Positions 31,690 through 46,905 of a DNA stretch of 64,000 nt are shown here, one piece after another. The position numbers were made by a program, and so were the translations under genes. Numbering within the stretch: position 1 is the stretch's first letter; every line of letters starts with the position of its first letter. Source of the DNA: Chrysomallon squamiferum. Its lineage: Eukaryota; Animalia; Mollusca. The notes beneath the pieces are model-generated. The model had not been told where the DNA came from, ran no database searches, and saw nothing but the letters and a program-made list of their open reading frames with translations. Location: contig CM022679.1 in assembly GCA_012295275.1 (NCBI GenBank), positions 25,544,001 through 25,608,000 on the forward strand, given 5' to 3'.

Positions 31690-33841
31690 GACTGGTTAAT
31701 GGATTGAAGAATATAGCAGAATGAATTAATGGTTTGATGGAGATGAATGGACAAAAGTGTTCTTATTGATAAATAGAAAAAGCAGACAAATATTGATAGA
31801 TTAGAGAACATAGATAAATAATTAGATAGATAGATAAATAGGTATATGTATGTTTAAAACCAAATGATGTGACTATAATAAAAATGTCTGTGTACTTTTT
31901 GTATAAAATATTGCAAATACGGGTAAAACTGATTGATTTTAAATTTGAATACATAATGACTGACTTTTCAGGAAAAAACGTGGGAATATTAATTATACAT
32001 AATGTTTAAAAAAAAAAAAAAAAAAAACCATGCTTCTATTTATGTGCAGATGAAAAAAGGCTTGGGTATATTATTTTCATACATTATATTTTCAAAAAAA
32101 GAAGAAGATGAAGAAGAAAAGCATTTTTCCATTCATTTTCTTCAGGGTTTTTTTATATCTTTTTTCTTTCACTATAATTATAACAGACAAAACTTTGCTG
32201 ATGAGACCTTGCATTTCATATTTGATGAATTATAATGGCTGTATGTAAATCTTTAAAGCTACTGGCAGAACAAAACTGTTGTGTTTATTTTGAACAAACT
32301 GAAAATAGATTCTGTTCAAGTAGTTCTAAGTGCCCTTTCTTAAACTGACTGGCTAATACAAAATATATTACACACACTGCCATAATTTAAATAGACTTTG
32401 TCGTTACATAAATTTTGTTGGCAATGGAGAGTGCTTAAAGACAGATCTAATTGTGAATCTGTGTGTGTTCTGTTGATAATGTGTGTGTGTGTGTGTGTGT
32501 GTGGGTGAATGTGTGTTTGTATATTCATGTGTGTATGCATATGAGAACATATATGAATGTCAGTTGTTTGTGTATGCATGTTTGTATTTATATGTGTGTG
32601 TGTATGTGTGTGTGTCTACATTTATTAAAAGCATCATACTTGTTATTTAGAAACATTCAGGTTATGAGAAAAACCTCCTTCAACTACTTTTTGGTCTCAT
32701 AACAGCTTAGGATTTTTTATTATAAATTTTTCCAAATACAGGACAGCACATTCCATAACCTTTGACACTGGGCCACTGTGTGGATTCAGTCTGTAATATC
32801 TCAGAGAACTCAAATCAGACCTGTGCTCTAAACATTAGACTAAGCATGAACAATTCTTTGAAGTGAAGGCCACATGAGACCACAGCTCATATCCAGGTGG
32901 GCCTCACTATTAATAATCTTATTTACTTCATAAAATAATGTATGCCATTCAGAAAGCCCTATGGGCCACAGTTAAACAAAACAAATTTTTACTTAATTTT
33001 TTTTTCACCATTTTATTTTATTTATTTATTTATTATTATTATTTTTTAAATAAATGATCTGAGAGTGGGGAAAAGCTTTTCCTCATGTGTTTGAAGATGG
33101 GTAAGTTTAAAAGAAGATGTTTGCAGAGAGATATTCATCATTTCATTATCACAGATAGGTGTTCATCATCTACCTAAATCAAATAAACACACATTAAGGT
33201 GAGTAAGTGCAAACATGCATCATAAAAGACAATGTCTGCATGTGTTTTTGCAGGAATATATAAGAAGTTTGCATCACACCCATCTGAAACATAATTACAT
33301 CCAGCTATAAATATGATATTACAAACACAATTAACCATGTTCAAAGATACAGACTTTTTGAACTGAAGAGTTCTTAAGGGCAGATCACTGCGATTTTTGT
33401 TCCTGAATATCAGTGCTAACTGCTGCAAGGCAAATCACAGTTTGTAAATGCTTTTGTTTTCACCACTGTTCTTTGGTGTTGAAAAACTTCAAGAACTCTT
33501 GTCATTCAAAAAAAAAAAAAAAAAGAAGAAGAAGAAAGACAATAAAAAAAAAAAACCTATGTTCTTATGAAACTTCTTCATCTTACAAAGAAGAAAAAAG
33601 TTTCCAGCTAAGATAATGCAGGTGTAACAGTTAGCTGTCTGACACTGTAATTATTTCTACCTGTGTGGCAGGTGAGACTTCAAGTACTGCTAACAATACA
33701 CCTGGCTCTGGTTTGTGTATTTTGTAGTAAAAAGGTCAACAATTGCAATTAACTTTTTGCTCTCTCAGTATATCATTCTTTTACCTCATCCTGATCTCTG
33801 GCTTTGTAGCTGTCTTCATTTCTCTGCATGCTTTTTTTATG

Positions 33842-33900
<59 letters not shown>

Positions 33901-33994
33901 AATCTCATCATTATCATTATTTTAACAGTGACTTCATTAATGTTATGTTACTCATAAATAATTTTCTAAAATAAACACTATAATAAAAAAACTT

Positions 33995-34290
33995 GACTCC
34001 TTCACTCTTTTTATCTCTCTGTATATTTCTCTTTCCCTCACTCACTTTCTATTTCTCTGTATTTCTCTCTTTCCTTCCTTACACTTTCTATCTTTCTGTA
34101 TTTCTCTCTTTCTCTCCATCCCTCTTTTTATCTCTCTGTCTATTTCTCTTTCCCTCACTCTTTCTATTTCTCTGTATTTCTCTCTTTCCCTCCTCACACT
34201 TTCTATCTTTCTGTATTTCTCTCTTTCTCTCCATCCCTCTTTCTACCTCTGTGTATTTCTCTCCCTCCATAATTCCATCTCTCTCAGATT
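33995..34290. repeat. Pyrimidine-rich ~35-bp minisatellite
   Basis: CACTTTCTATYTYTCTGTATTTCTCTCTTTCCCT-like units. Confidence 0.8.
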
Positions 34291-35329
34291 TTCTTTTTCA
34301 CAAAAGAAACATATAAAATATTAATAAATTATCATGAAAACTTTGTTTAAATTCTCCAAATACTCAAAATAAAAAAAAAAAAAAAAAAAAAAAAAAAGTC
34401 ATAAAAAAAAAATAATAACTGACTCTTTTATAAAAAAAAAAAAAAAAAAAAATAAATAAATGTGATTATTTTTGTTTTATTAAGATCGTTTTTAGCAACT
34501 GTTTAATTGTGATGACTATCAAACAGTTGGGTATCACGTGATAACATCTGTACTGAATTCTGCATCTGTGCACATGGCAAAATGTAAATTGGTTGAAATC
34601 TGATAGCATTACTTCTAAATATAAAGCAGTGCATTGTATAATCTGATCTGGCAAGTTCTAAACAACTTATACAGTCATCAGAATAAACCGACTTCTGTCG
34701 ACATTTTCAATTAGTGTGAAAAGCTGTGATAGAGTGTAAAACGGTTCATGCATATATATAAGCCATGCCATTTCTGTTTATTGAAAAGAAAATAACTGTA
34801 AATATGCTGTTGATTTGAAAATAAATAAATTTCTAAAAAAAACAAAACAAAAAAAACACCTAAAATCCCAATGTTTTTAATAAATAATTTTATAAATAGA
34901 AATAAAATTATAATTATAGTGAAGACAGGGATATTAAATAAATAAACTTCATTGAAAGGCTTAAAAAAAAAAACCAAAAACAATTAGGTGATTAAATTTC
35001 CATGAAGTTAAATTTATTTAATTAAAAAGAAAACAGCTAGATAATCTATTAATGTTTGAAATTAAGATGGCTTTAGTAGATAAACTAAGAGAAAAGAAGA
35101 TTGATTCTCTGAAAATTGCATCAAACAATTATTACAATTAAGGAGGAATTGTGGCTTTTTTTTCTTCACATAAGAAAAACAGTATTGAAGAAATGAAAAG
35201 GGTGAACTGTAGTTTGAAAAATACATCAATGATGAATGAGTAAACAGTTAACAATTTTTGTCTGTCCATCCACTTGTCTGTCTTACCATTAAAATAATAT
35301 AAATTAGATGGTTATGGATTCTCTGAGGT

Positions 35330-36260
35330 AATTAATATCAGCTGGATTAATACAATATTATTAAGCTGGAGGACATATCATTAAAATGGGTATTACCATA
35401 TTATCACTAAGATGTATATAACATCATTACAAGGGATATACTATTTCTAGGACAGATATATTATCATTAGAATGAATATAATATCACTGAAATGGATAAT
35501 ATTACAAAGATGGATATATAACATGACTGAGAAGAATATAATATTACTAAAATGGATATCATATCAGTGAGATATATAATATTACTAAAACGGAGATAAT
35601 ATGACTCAGGTGAATATTAATATTACTAGGATTGGTATAATATAACTGAGATTGATGTAATATCAGGATATAATATTTTGATATACCATTACTATAATGG
35701 ATACAATATCCTAAGATGGATTTAATATCAGATGGATATCATATCAGTGAGATATATAATATTACTAAAATGGATAAAATATTTCTAAGATGAATAGAAT
35801 ATCACTATGGTGGATATAACACCATCATGATGATATATTACTATTAAAGAAAAATATATTTAAAAAAAAATGAATATAATAATACTAAGGCAGTTATAAT
35901 AATAATTACATTACATTGGACATATCACTGAAGTGAACATAACACCACTTGAATTATTAGTACCACTGGATACAATACAATCAAGATACTCTGGTACACA
36001 GAAGCCAATGCAGACATCATACCCACTGAACATTAGCAACCCAAGGGAATAGAGAACATCACTGAGAATAAAAAGCAACTGGGTGGATGTGATAGCTCTA
36101 AAGTGGCTTTGTCACTATCATGGTGGATTTGATATCACCAATACTGATATAATGACAGTAATATAGATAATAGCACCTGTGTGAATATAGCAGGTAACAT
36201 CTCTAAGATTGATACATGACTATCAAGATTGATATAATATAAACAGAAAGGATATATTGC
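35330..36260. repeat. Highly degenerate ~20-bp minisatellite
   Basis: GGATATAATATCACTAAGAT-like units recur over about 900 nt. Confidence 0.7.
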
Positions 36261-36948
36261 CACTCATGAGGATCTAGCAGCTGGGTAGATTTAATAAGAA
36301 GCTGAGGAGTACACAGAACATACAAGTAACATCACTGAAGTTGTGTCTTGTTGCTTAGTGTGATTAGCAACAAAACCACAGGGATGTGAGACTGCCAGCA
36401 GGTGAAAATGTTGTAAATGGAGGCAGAGCAAAGAGTGATAAGCTTGGTTTTTGTTTGTATCAGACAAGAGAGAGAAAGTCAGGCTGGTTTGTAATGGTGG
36501 TGAACAACTAATGAATGAATGTTTTAGATGATTCCAGTATAAAATGAAATAGGTTGACATTTGTGAATGAATGAATGAATGATGTTTAACAATACTTTAA
36601 TATTAACTGTTAGTAAGTGGTAATGATATTTGATGATTTTGCATTCACCTTGATCAATGGAGGACATAGAGAGACAGACAGAGAGAGACAAAAAAAAAAG
36701 AAAGAGCAAGCCAGACAGACACACAGACACAGAAACAGAGAGATAGATCAGTTCTCTTTGCTGGTGATGGAGAAATGGACGAACAGACGAGAACCATTAT
36801 CTGCTTACACATCCATCACTGATGTATTCTTTAAACCATTCGTTTCTTCATTCTCCTCGTTTCTAACATGAAGAAAAAACACAACACCCCAGACCTACAG
36901 GTATGTGTGACTGGCACGTTTTTTGTCTACCACTTGTAGTGTGAACCT

Positions 36949-37052
36949 TTAGCGTGGAATGACTGGTATGGCACCGGCAGAAATCCTGTTGCCCTTTGGG
37001 TGGCACCTGAGTTCATCTCCAACTGCATGTCTTTCATACCTGACTACAAGAA
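36949..37052 (-). CDS. Candidate terminal exon of an unidentified minus-strand gene
   Basis: A strong acceptor TTTTCTCCTCTTTATCCAG| is followed by a GC-richer open frame (V)LVVRYERHAVGDELRCHPKGNRISAGAIPVIPR*. I recognise no homology, and other frames are also open. Confidence 0.3.
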
Positions 37053-38384
37053 CTGGATAAAGAGGAGAAAACCCATGCTTACAGGTCTCCACAATCCTCT
37101 CTGTATTACAACTCTCTGAGTTAGAAACAGAAACAGGTACAACATCCAGCAAATTAACTCTATTTACACACAACATTATTGCACTAAATCTTCAGGCTTT
37201 GGTATACCATCCATGTTTTTCAGCTAAAAAAAAAAAAAAAAAAAAAAAAAGTTCTTCTTTACGATGTTTTTTTGAAAGTAGTGTCTTCATTTCCTTTAAA
37301 TTACCTGCCTCCCCTTTGCCAAAAAGAGCCATGGACCTGTCCATTATCCTATTACCCCCTTCTGGTACTAATTAGCTCTTCCATCCTCTAGTGACTAGAG
37401 AGAGGTATCAGAGCAATGGTTTGGGATATTATTGTATGTATATACTAAATACAGAGTGGATAAACGGTATTGTTTGAAACTCATATAGAACTTATGGAAT
37501 TTACCACAAGCTGTGTGTGTTATTATAAGTGGAAATTTTAATAGCAGATGTTAATGTGATAATATTTTATTTATGTATTTATTTTTTTGTGTGACTGAAC
37601 AAAATTAATTGATTCACAAAAATTAAGGTAAGAGTTTAATTCTTAATGATCTTTTTATATTTTTAATTATTATTATTATTATTTTTTTTTAAATTAATTT
37701 AACATATTTTTTAAAATTTTAAAATTTTATTATTTTAAATGTTCATTTTAATGCACTAAATTATTTATGAATATAATTTTACGATATTTAAGAGTTATTT
37801 TACAAAAAAAAGAAGTAGAAATGTATGTAAATATAAATTATTTCAACTACTGAATTATACAGCATCATTAACTTTGTAAACATTTGTTTTCTTTTTACAA
37901 TACATTAATATTTTATTTTACTTCATTTTATTATTTATTTTGAAGTGTGCTTCTTTTTTATTTTTTGTTAATTTTGACCAGTGAAATAAAATATTTGTAA
38001 AAATACATAAAAATTCATTTAATACACTAAAATATAAACAGTTTGGTACTGAATCTTCTTTTATGAAAAATATTTTTAAAGTTTTATTCATTTTAAATTT
38101 TTATTCATTTTAAAATATTAAAATATTTGTCAATATAAGCAAGAAGCATCTCTCTTTTTCTCTTTGTGTCTTTCTCTTTCTGTCTCTGTTTCTCTGTCTC
38201 TCTCTCACACAAAATATCAGCAGTCATCAGTAACTAATTTTTACAGCAATGAACCTCTGTAAAGATGATTTTGAAGCTGCCATGTCCAACTTCTTTCAAT
38301 TACTGAAATCAAATTATGTTGTTTTGTTTTTTTTACTTTCATACACACACACACACACACACACACTATAAATTAATTATTTTG

Positions 38385-38458
38385 TTGTATTTACCATTGA
38401 TTTAACACCCAACAGCCAGTATGTTTTTTGTGCTGGGATGTCATTAAACCAAACATCA
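38385..38458 (+). mobile_element. SINE 3'-tail fragment
   Basis: TTACCATTGATTTAACACCCAACAGCC...TTTTGTGCTGGGATGTCATTAAAC resembles a gastropod SINE tail recalled from memory; not verified. Confidence 0.4.
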
Positions 38459-40206
38459 AAATTAAATAATTTTATTACAAAGGATATAATGTTTTTACAA
38501 AGAATACCACAACATACAATACAAAAAAAAATAATAAGATTATTCAAAGTCAGATTTAACTATGACATTTTGATAATAGCTTTAACTTCAACATGCTGTT
38601 TTAGTATTCAGCTAATTAAATGAACTAATTTTAAAATGACAATTTGTCCTTTTCCAAAGAAATATTGAAAACATTTTTTTTTTAATTTAAATGTTTTTTT
38701 TTTTTCTCAATTTATCACTTTCTTGATATTGTTTTTTTTCTTTTTTATATTTATTCTTAATACTAATTAATTTTAAAATGACAGTTTATCACTTTCTAAA
38801 CAAATTTTGTTTATTATTATATTTTTTTTCATACTGTGAATTTTTTTTTTAATTACTCAGACTGCTGTGTATTGTATTGTAATATATATATCTCAATCTT
38901 TACAATGGCTGGCAGCCATATTGTTCTTGGAAAGGTTCTAGGAATGTTTCTTCTTCTCTTTTTTATAAATTTCTTTATTCCTGTTTACTACAAAGATGCC
39001 TAACATTGCCACAAATATTTTCCTTAGCATTGTATTAATGGTAGCACATTTAATAAAAAAAAAAAAATACCCTGCCCCCAAATAAAAAATTTTTTAAAAG
39101 TAAAGAAATTTTAAAAACTTCAAAGGGCCATTTTTTTGGTGTTTTTTAACTTACTGTAAAAAAGATTCATTGTTTATTTTTGCAAGTGCTGTGAGCAGGA
39201 ATGCATCTGTAAACCAATTGTTGTAAGCAGTAATGCAACTTGCACTGTAACATTAAGGGACATATCACCTTAAATACATTGTGGTTAGACCTTGGTATCA
39301 TTTTCATTTCATTTCTGAACCTTCACCCTGTCATTATATCATAAATATATATGTCATTATATCATAAAGAAAATTATCATTAAATCATAAAAAGTTAATT
39401 ATATCTGTAAATGTGTGTGTGTGTTATATGTGTGTGTGTGTCTTTATTTTGCATGGAGGGCTTTGTTTTGTAGACATGACCCTTCATATAGAATTAGGGA
39501 TTACGTCAAATAAGAACATTTGATAAATGTCATTCAGCCTCAAAATTATTATTATTTTATTTTTTTTTTTTTTTTTTTTTTACTTCTGATGAAAAAGGTT
39601 GTCTTTTTGTTTTCTGTTTGGAATATGTCTAATGTTTTAATATCAACATCTTGAATGTAAATGTTTGCTTGTTGAAAACATTCAACCAATTAAACTGATT
39701 CATTTTTTTTTGAAGAAAATTTATCACTTTCCTAAGAAAAATATTTATATTCATATCTTTGAAATCTCAGAACCAATTATATTTTATTATATTTTTGATT
39801 TTGAATAAAATAAATATAAATGCAAATGTTTTTGGTTCTACTGTATTTAGAACTAGATAAATATATTTCACACTATCTACATGCTTTGGAAAATAAGATT
39901 AAACAAAACAATTTTTATTATATATGACATATGTAAAACATTACATTCTTGAAGAAAGAAAAGATATATCAAATTTCAATTTGTATCATCTGAGTATTCA
40001 ACATGATGAGTATACATAAAGGTAGATTACAGAAACACAGAGTAATCCTCATCTGAACAGACAACTTAGGTTTCTGCCTGGTGCATTCAAGACTTATCTA
40101 CTTCATAACAAAACTATCTGGTGTCAGAACTGTTTACAATGTGCAAAAAGAATGTATGCTGTGAATAATTACAGGTTTTTGAATACTATGAGAGAGAAAA
40201 AGAGAG

Positions 40207-40258
<52 letters not shown>

Positions 40259-40282
40259 AAGAGATAGTGAAAGAGAGAGAGA

Positions 40283-40330
<48 letters not shown>

Positions 40331-40411
40331 GTTAAAGTGAGGGAGGAGAGGAATGAAAGAATAACAAAGAGACAGTAAAAAAAGTTCATTTTGTAACAGA
40401 CTGGGACCCCC

Positions 40412-40459
<48 letters not shown>

Positions 40460-42551
40460 CACACACACACACACAAACACACACATCATACATTATATAC
40501 TCACTCTGTCTAGACTAACGGATGGGAACAATTTTTGGCTAGAATACAATCCATAAAGCTAAATCAAAATATCTGCGTGTGTGCATAACACTTGCAAATA
40601 TCCGTTCAGCTATTGAATATCAAAATGATTACACCCACGTACACGCCATGTAGGATATCTGTGAGCCATTATGTGTATTATATGTAGCAGGAAGACTTCA
40701 GAATGTTTTGAAACAAGAAATCATTCTTTGTTGTTCAGAACATGGTGTGTTGTAATGTTTGATAAAGAATGTAGGAATACACCTTTTACTTCACATCTGT
40801 AATACACACACACACATACACACACACACACACATGTATATATACATATATATAAAAATATATATACATACATACATATATATATATATATAGAGATATT
40901 TACATACATACATACATACATATATATATATATAAATATATATATATAGATATTTACATACCTACATATATATATATATACACACACATACACACATACA
41001 TATATAAATATACAAAATGCATATATACAAACATACCGACACACACATTATATAGATACACAAAAATACACATATATTATATCATACTCACAGACATACA
41101 CTAATTTTTTATATAATCTAAATTATGACATTTTTTTTTTCTTTCTACACTACACTTTCTTTTACACAGATGAAAACTTTAAAAACATTCCTTTCAGAGA
41201 AGTTGAAAACTGGACATTTCAAAGTTCTGTTACAAGTACCTGACATATGCACACACACACCACAACACAGCCAAGTCTTGATAACATGTTGTAATCCAGA
41301 CTACAATATGCACACACACACTGATCCTTAGATGCTAAACATTTGTAAAATAATAAAAAATAATAATAAGACAAGAGTCTTGATGGCATGGCAATGGATC
41401 AATAGAAGAATGACTTCAGAAAGTGTTGGAATTTCACCAGCACTGTACTGTTCTTTAAGACAATTCTGATATTTGTTTGTGGGAAGAAATAGTCAGTGGG
41501 TATGTTATATATCTTCAGTATGTTATATGTTAATTATCATCATCATCAACAGCATCATAATCATCATTATTATTGTTATTGTTATTATTATTATTGTTGT
41601 TGTTTTTGTTGTTGTTGTTGTTGTTGTTGTACTACAGTGATGACAACTATTAAGGTCAGTGATTTTATTATTATTAATTTATTTATTTTAATTTAAATAA
41701 TTTTGACTGTTACAGCCTACTACTACATTACAGTTACTGATATTACTACTATTACTACTATTTATAATTCGTGTGATTATCAAAGTAATTTTATTACTAC
41801 TACCACAGCAGTGACAGCTACTACTACTTATCATATGTTTATTACTGTTATCATTATCATCATCATCATCATTATTCTTATAATAATTATAATTAGTAGT
41901 AATAGTAGTTATTGTTGTTGTTCTAGTAGTAATGGTAGTAGTAGTAGTAACAGTAGGCACAGTAGTTGTAGTAGTAGTGGTGGTTGTGATTTTTGTGGTA
42001 GTAGTAATTGTAATAGTTGTGGTGATACTGGTGTTGTAATAGTAGTTGTAGTAGTTGTAGTAGTATTGGTGATGGTTATGTTGTAGTAATAGTAGTATCA
42101 GTAGTTGTAGTAACAGTGGGGGTGGTTATGTTGTACTAATAATAGTATGTGTTGCACATTATATAATGATTCATGACAAACTGCATGTAGAAAAAAAACA
42201 TAATAATTGGCTACGTTTCATTTCATTTTCTAATCTTAGGTTGTTTCATCAGTTTACAAATGGTTGATGGCAATTAACAGCTCATGAAATAAAGTATCTT
42301 TCCTTTTTTTTTACTTTTTCATGTAGAAAAAAAAATAAAAAAATAAAATCATAACCACATTTCCAAAGTACTCCATGCCTTTTTCTATCATAAACATCAA
42401 ATATTGGCTTGAATCACAGATAACTAAAAAAAAAAAAAGAAAAAAAAAAGTGTTCACATGTTTGTGTAATGTATGTTTTTGTGCATGTTAATGTGCATTT
42501 GTGTGTCTCTGTGTCTGTATGTGTGTAAATTTAGTGTGTGCTTAGTGCTTA

Positions 42552-42589
<38 letters not shown>

Positions 42590-43462
42590 CACTTATGTAT
42601 GTTGTAATATCGGTGTGTTTTATCAAAAATGGCTGACATATTCTTTATGTTTTGTGCTTTCTGATCTCTAATCTGATTGGCTAACAGATAAGATTAATAG
42701 CATATTTCTCTTCACTTCTGTTTGTTTCTGTTCACAGTGTTGCAATTCTGATTATGAAAATAGGTTTCTAAACAAGTTAATGTTAATCTTCTCATCTCTG
42801 TTTGGAATTTGCTATGCAGAGTTCTGATAGATAAGATGCACAAGTTAAAAATATACATTTTTTTTTTTTAATTAAGTTACTTTACAGAATTTGAATTTAG
42901 TCCAGACATTGGTAATATTATACCTCCATTTTGAAACAGAATATTTCCAGTATTTTTTTTAATGTTTTATATACTAACATTATTATTATTAAAGAGGTGG
43001 CTGTTTTTGATTTTATAATTAATATTAAATTAATGTTGTTGTTGATGATGATGATGAAATTAATGATAATAAAATATTATTGACTTTTATAAATATTTAT
43101 GACTTTAATAACAGATATGTCAATAACCAGAACAAAAGCTATAATAACAATAATAATAACAATGATGATGTAGAGGTGGTGGTTTTAGTTGTGGTGATGG
43201 AGATGGTAGTGGTTGTGGTAATATTAATGACAATAATGATAATAAAATGCAATTAATTATGAAAATATTTGATATTAATTACTAAAATATCAGCAGCTAT
43301 ACCAAACAACAACAACAGCACACTCAAAAGTAATAATAGAACAACAATAAAAACAACAACAACAACAACAATAATAATAATAACCACAACCACAAGAACA
43401 TCACCAACAATAAAATGATAATAATATAGTAATAATATAGAAATAATAACAACAACAATAAC

Positions 43463-43502
<40 letters not shown>

Positions 43503-43836
43503 TAAAAATAATAATGACAACAATAACAATAATAATATCAACAACATCAATAAAAACAACAACAACAAAAATAACAAAATAGTAAATATTCTTTCCCCGG
43601 GATCATAAAGAAAATAGCAGAGAGGAATTTACACCTCAGAGGTAACACAGTTACGTAATGAACACACATGTTGGAAACACTGCGGCTCTTGTGATTATTT
43701 TACAGCTTGGCTTTAAATATCAATTATCTTCTAATCCCGGTAATGTTTAAAATACCTGTTTTGTAAACACGCATATTAACTTATTCCTCTCATAAGTGCT
43801 TCCTCTTCATTCCATTGTGGTGTGGTTTGTGTTACA

Positions 43837-44305
43837 GCAAAACTTCAAAAATAAGTATAACTATGCTGTGTTATTTGATGGTGCTATTAGTTGCCAGTGG
43901 TTAATGTATCAGTCTGAAGATGGTTAGGTCCTCAGTTCAAATCCCAGTACTGGTTAATGCCAGAGGTTTAACAGTGAGGCAACTGCATCCTAATTTTTGT
44001 CTTAAAGGAAGCTTCGAAATGAGTGTAAATATGCAGTGCCAATGGTTAATTTATTAATCTGAAGATTGTTAGGTTCTGGGTTCTAATTCTGATTCTGATA
44101 GAAGTATAATAGTGATGTACTTACGTCCTAATTTTTGCCTTAAAGCAAACTTCAAAATGAATATAAATATGCTGTGTTATTTGATGGTATTAGAATACCA
44201 GTGGTTAATTTATCAGTTTGAAGAATTTTAGGTTCTGGGTTAAAATTCCAATACTGTCTCCTACTACAGGTATGATAGTGATGCACCTACATTGTAATTT
44301 TTGAC
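43837..44305 (+). repeat. Three tandem 140-170-bp units, each with a decayed tRNA-like SINE head
   Basis: Copies at about 43837-44007, 44008-44145 and 44146-44305. Each has CCARTGGTTAA (A-box-like) and TTAGGTYCT..GTT.AAAT.C (B-box-like). Confidence 0.7.
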
Positions 44306-44487
44306 TAGTTAAGAGGAGCTAAGTTGTGATTGAAAGGACTGAACAAGCATGGAGGTTCACAAGTTCAGTCCTCTTTAACACAGACACTGGGTCCTTTCAT
44401 ATACAGGTTGTCATTAACAGAAAAACAGATAACAAAATGTTTTATACATACAGAAATATTTAAAATATACACTGTCAATTAGTGCAT

Positions 44488-44491
<4 letters not shown>

Positions 44492-44586
<95 letters not shown>
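44492..44586. repeat. (TC)n(TA)n microsatellite
   Basis: Direct inspection. Confidence 0.98.
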
Positions 44587-45202
44587 CCTGACAACTGTTG
44601 ATATGTGTTTAAATGCATAGTAGAATATATACATATCTCCACATATGTAAAACTAAATATTTATTTATTAATAAAATGAGAAATTTACAGACATAAAACA
44701 AATATATCTGCAAACAGGTTTTTTTTGGTTTTCATGCTATGAATATCGTTTAAGAAGTAAACTTGGTAGAACTTTTGAAATGTCATTACAGTGGTGAAAC
44801 CTTAGAAAAATGTATCTAAATACATATTTTTATTATTTCTTAACATTCTTAGAACTGCTTTTAAAAGTAATTATTATTGTGATGACTGAAAATGTAGGAA
44901 TGATTTATTTTGACAAAAAACAGTTTTAACTGACAAAATAACAATTTCTTCAGATGAAAAAATCCAAAAAGCAAACAAAAAAAAAAACCTAAAAACAAAA
45001 ATAAAACTATGGAGAAAAAAATGAAGAAAGAAAAAATTTCCTTAATGCACTCACATGCATGTTTACTGCATGTTTCTGTAAAACAAATCTTAGTTGTTTT
45101 TTTAAAGCAGAAGGAAAAAAGATTGAAATGTATTTAACAACCTTCTTTAAAGAAGAGCTGTCAGTGGTGCAGACTGCTGCTTCCTGAGTAAAAATGACAT
45201 AC

Positions 45203-45249
45203 CTGAAATTACTGCTTGTTCCTCGGTTCCTTCCAAACAACACGACCTG
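45203..45249 (-). CDS. Candidate small internal exon of an unidentified gene
   Basis: CCATTTTCAG|CAG| tandem acceptor and CAG|GTATGT donor, in a CpG-retaining patch. It reads (R)SCCLEGTEEQAVIS, phase-compatible with 36949-37052. Confidence 0.3.
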
Positions 45250-46607
45250 CTGAAAATGGAGGCTGTCTTGGTGCTAAAATTCTGACAGGCATGTATGAAA
45301 AATTTTAAAAATGAAGACCCGGTTGTCAAGATAGCAGTGTTCACCCGACTAAATGTCTCAAAGAACCGCAAAATTAATCATTCATTTTTTTCATACTACT
45401 GTGGAAAAAAAAAAAAAAAAAAAAAGAAGTTTTTGGCATGTACAAAGTTAAATTTAAAAAATAAAAAAAATAAAATGGAAAAGAAAAGAAACAATATGTA
45501 AATGAGAACAGATTTTTGCATTGTTTCTTTAAAAGTTATTTAAAAGGGTTTTTACTTGCAGGGGTGCTTTCTTTCACCATTCATACAGTGTAACTTGTAA
45601 AATAATGTTTGTATAAGAAAGAAAGAATGAAAGAGTAAAGTAAAGGAAAAAAGGAAACTCAGGTTTGGAATGCTAATGTTTTAATAAGGTAACTGATATG
45701 TAAACAAGTAAAGAAATTCCAGTTCACAAATTTTATTTGTCAAATTAAATCCAAAACTGTGAACTATTCCAGTTATTTTTAAAATCAAAAACAATTATTT
45801 TTTAAATTTTAAATCTGATTTAACATTTTACAGACTTCCAACTTCAAAATGCATATAATTATTAACATGATCATTATAATTACTGTTATGTCATCTATAT
45901 TATTATTATTATACTTGCTAGTATTATCATCATCACATTTATTATTCTCATTATCATTATCACTATCATCATCATCAAATGATCACCACCTTCATCACTG
46001 TCATCATCATCATCATCATCATTATCATTGTCCTTATTACTACTATAGCTATAACTAATATTATTAAATAGTGAGATCATGTATATAGCTTAATATTCAT
46101 TGTTAAGTGTTGGAACTGGAAAAAGCCCAAGCAATACACTTCAAGGAAATGATCTCACTACCTGGATATATAACTCACATGTTACATGTTACAAAAGAAA
46201 AAAGACCACTTTGTACAATCTGACAAGAACTTTCACTAAATCTTCATACAGTTTCACTCTGTTGCCTAGAACAGACACAAAACTTAATTTCTGGAATCCA
46301 TTGTAGACATGGATATTTAGTTATCTTATCTTGAAAAGGCCAATAAATTGAGTTGCCGTATCTTTGGTAGGAAGTAAATCATTCAAACTGTTTCACAGAA
46401 TAGTTACTGTGTGAAGAGAAAAGACATAAAGAATAAACATACTGCAGTGCAATGTTGTGTTAGTTGAGTTGTAATTCATAGGATGCTCTTTCTGATGCAC
46501 AGTTCATGTTTTACAAATCACAGTCAGAGTAGCTATCGGTTTAACCAAGACAGGTGCTCATCTGCAGACCTATAGGGATCCATTTTGTTTTGCATTTTTT
46601 TAATATA

Positions 46608-46905
46608 CATAGATAGATAGATAGATAGATAGAGTGATACATAGATATAGATAGATAGGTAGAGCAATAGATAGATATAGATAGATAGGAAGAGAGATAG
46701 ATATAGATAGATAGACAGACAGAGTGATACATAGATATAGATAGATAGGAAGAGCAATAGATAGATATAGATAGATAGGAAGAGAGATAGATAGATATAG
46801 ATAGATAGATAGATAGATAGACAGATATATATAGATAGATAGACAGACAGACAGATAGATAGATAGATAGACAGATAGATAGACAGACATATATATATAG
46901 ATACA
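46608..46905. repeat. Compound (GATA/GACA)n satellite with longer-period structure
   Basis: GATAGATA runs interleaved with repeated AGAGTGATACATAG and GGAAGAG blocks. Confidence 0.9.

Noticed and set aside
32862-32908. Imperfect hairpin AGTGAAGGCCACATG / CAGGTGGGCCTCACT
   Set aside because: Mismatched and isolated; within chance expectation.
36868-36900. Plus-strand mini exon MKKKHNTPDLQ|gtatgt (similarly MKKTELL|gtgagt at 62284-62304)
   Set aside because: The donors are good, but there is no downstream partner exon or recognisable homology. They cannot be told from chance.
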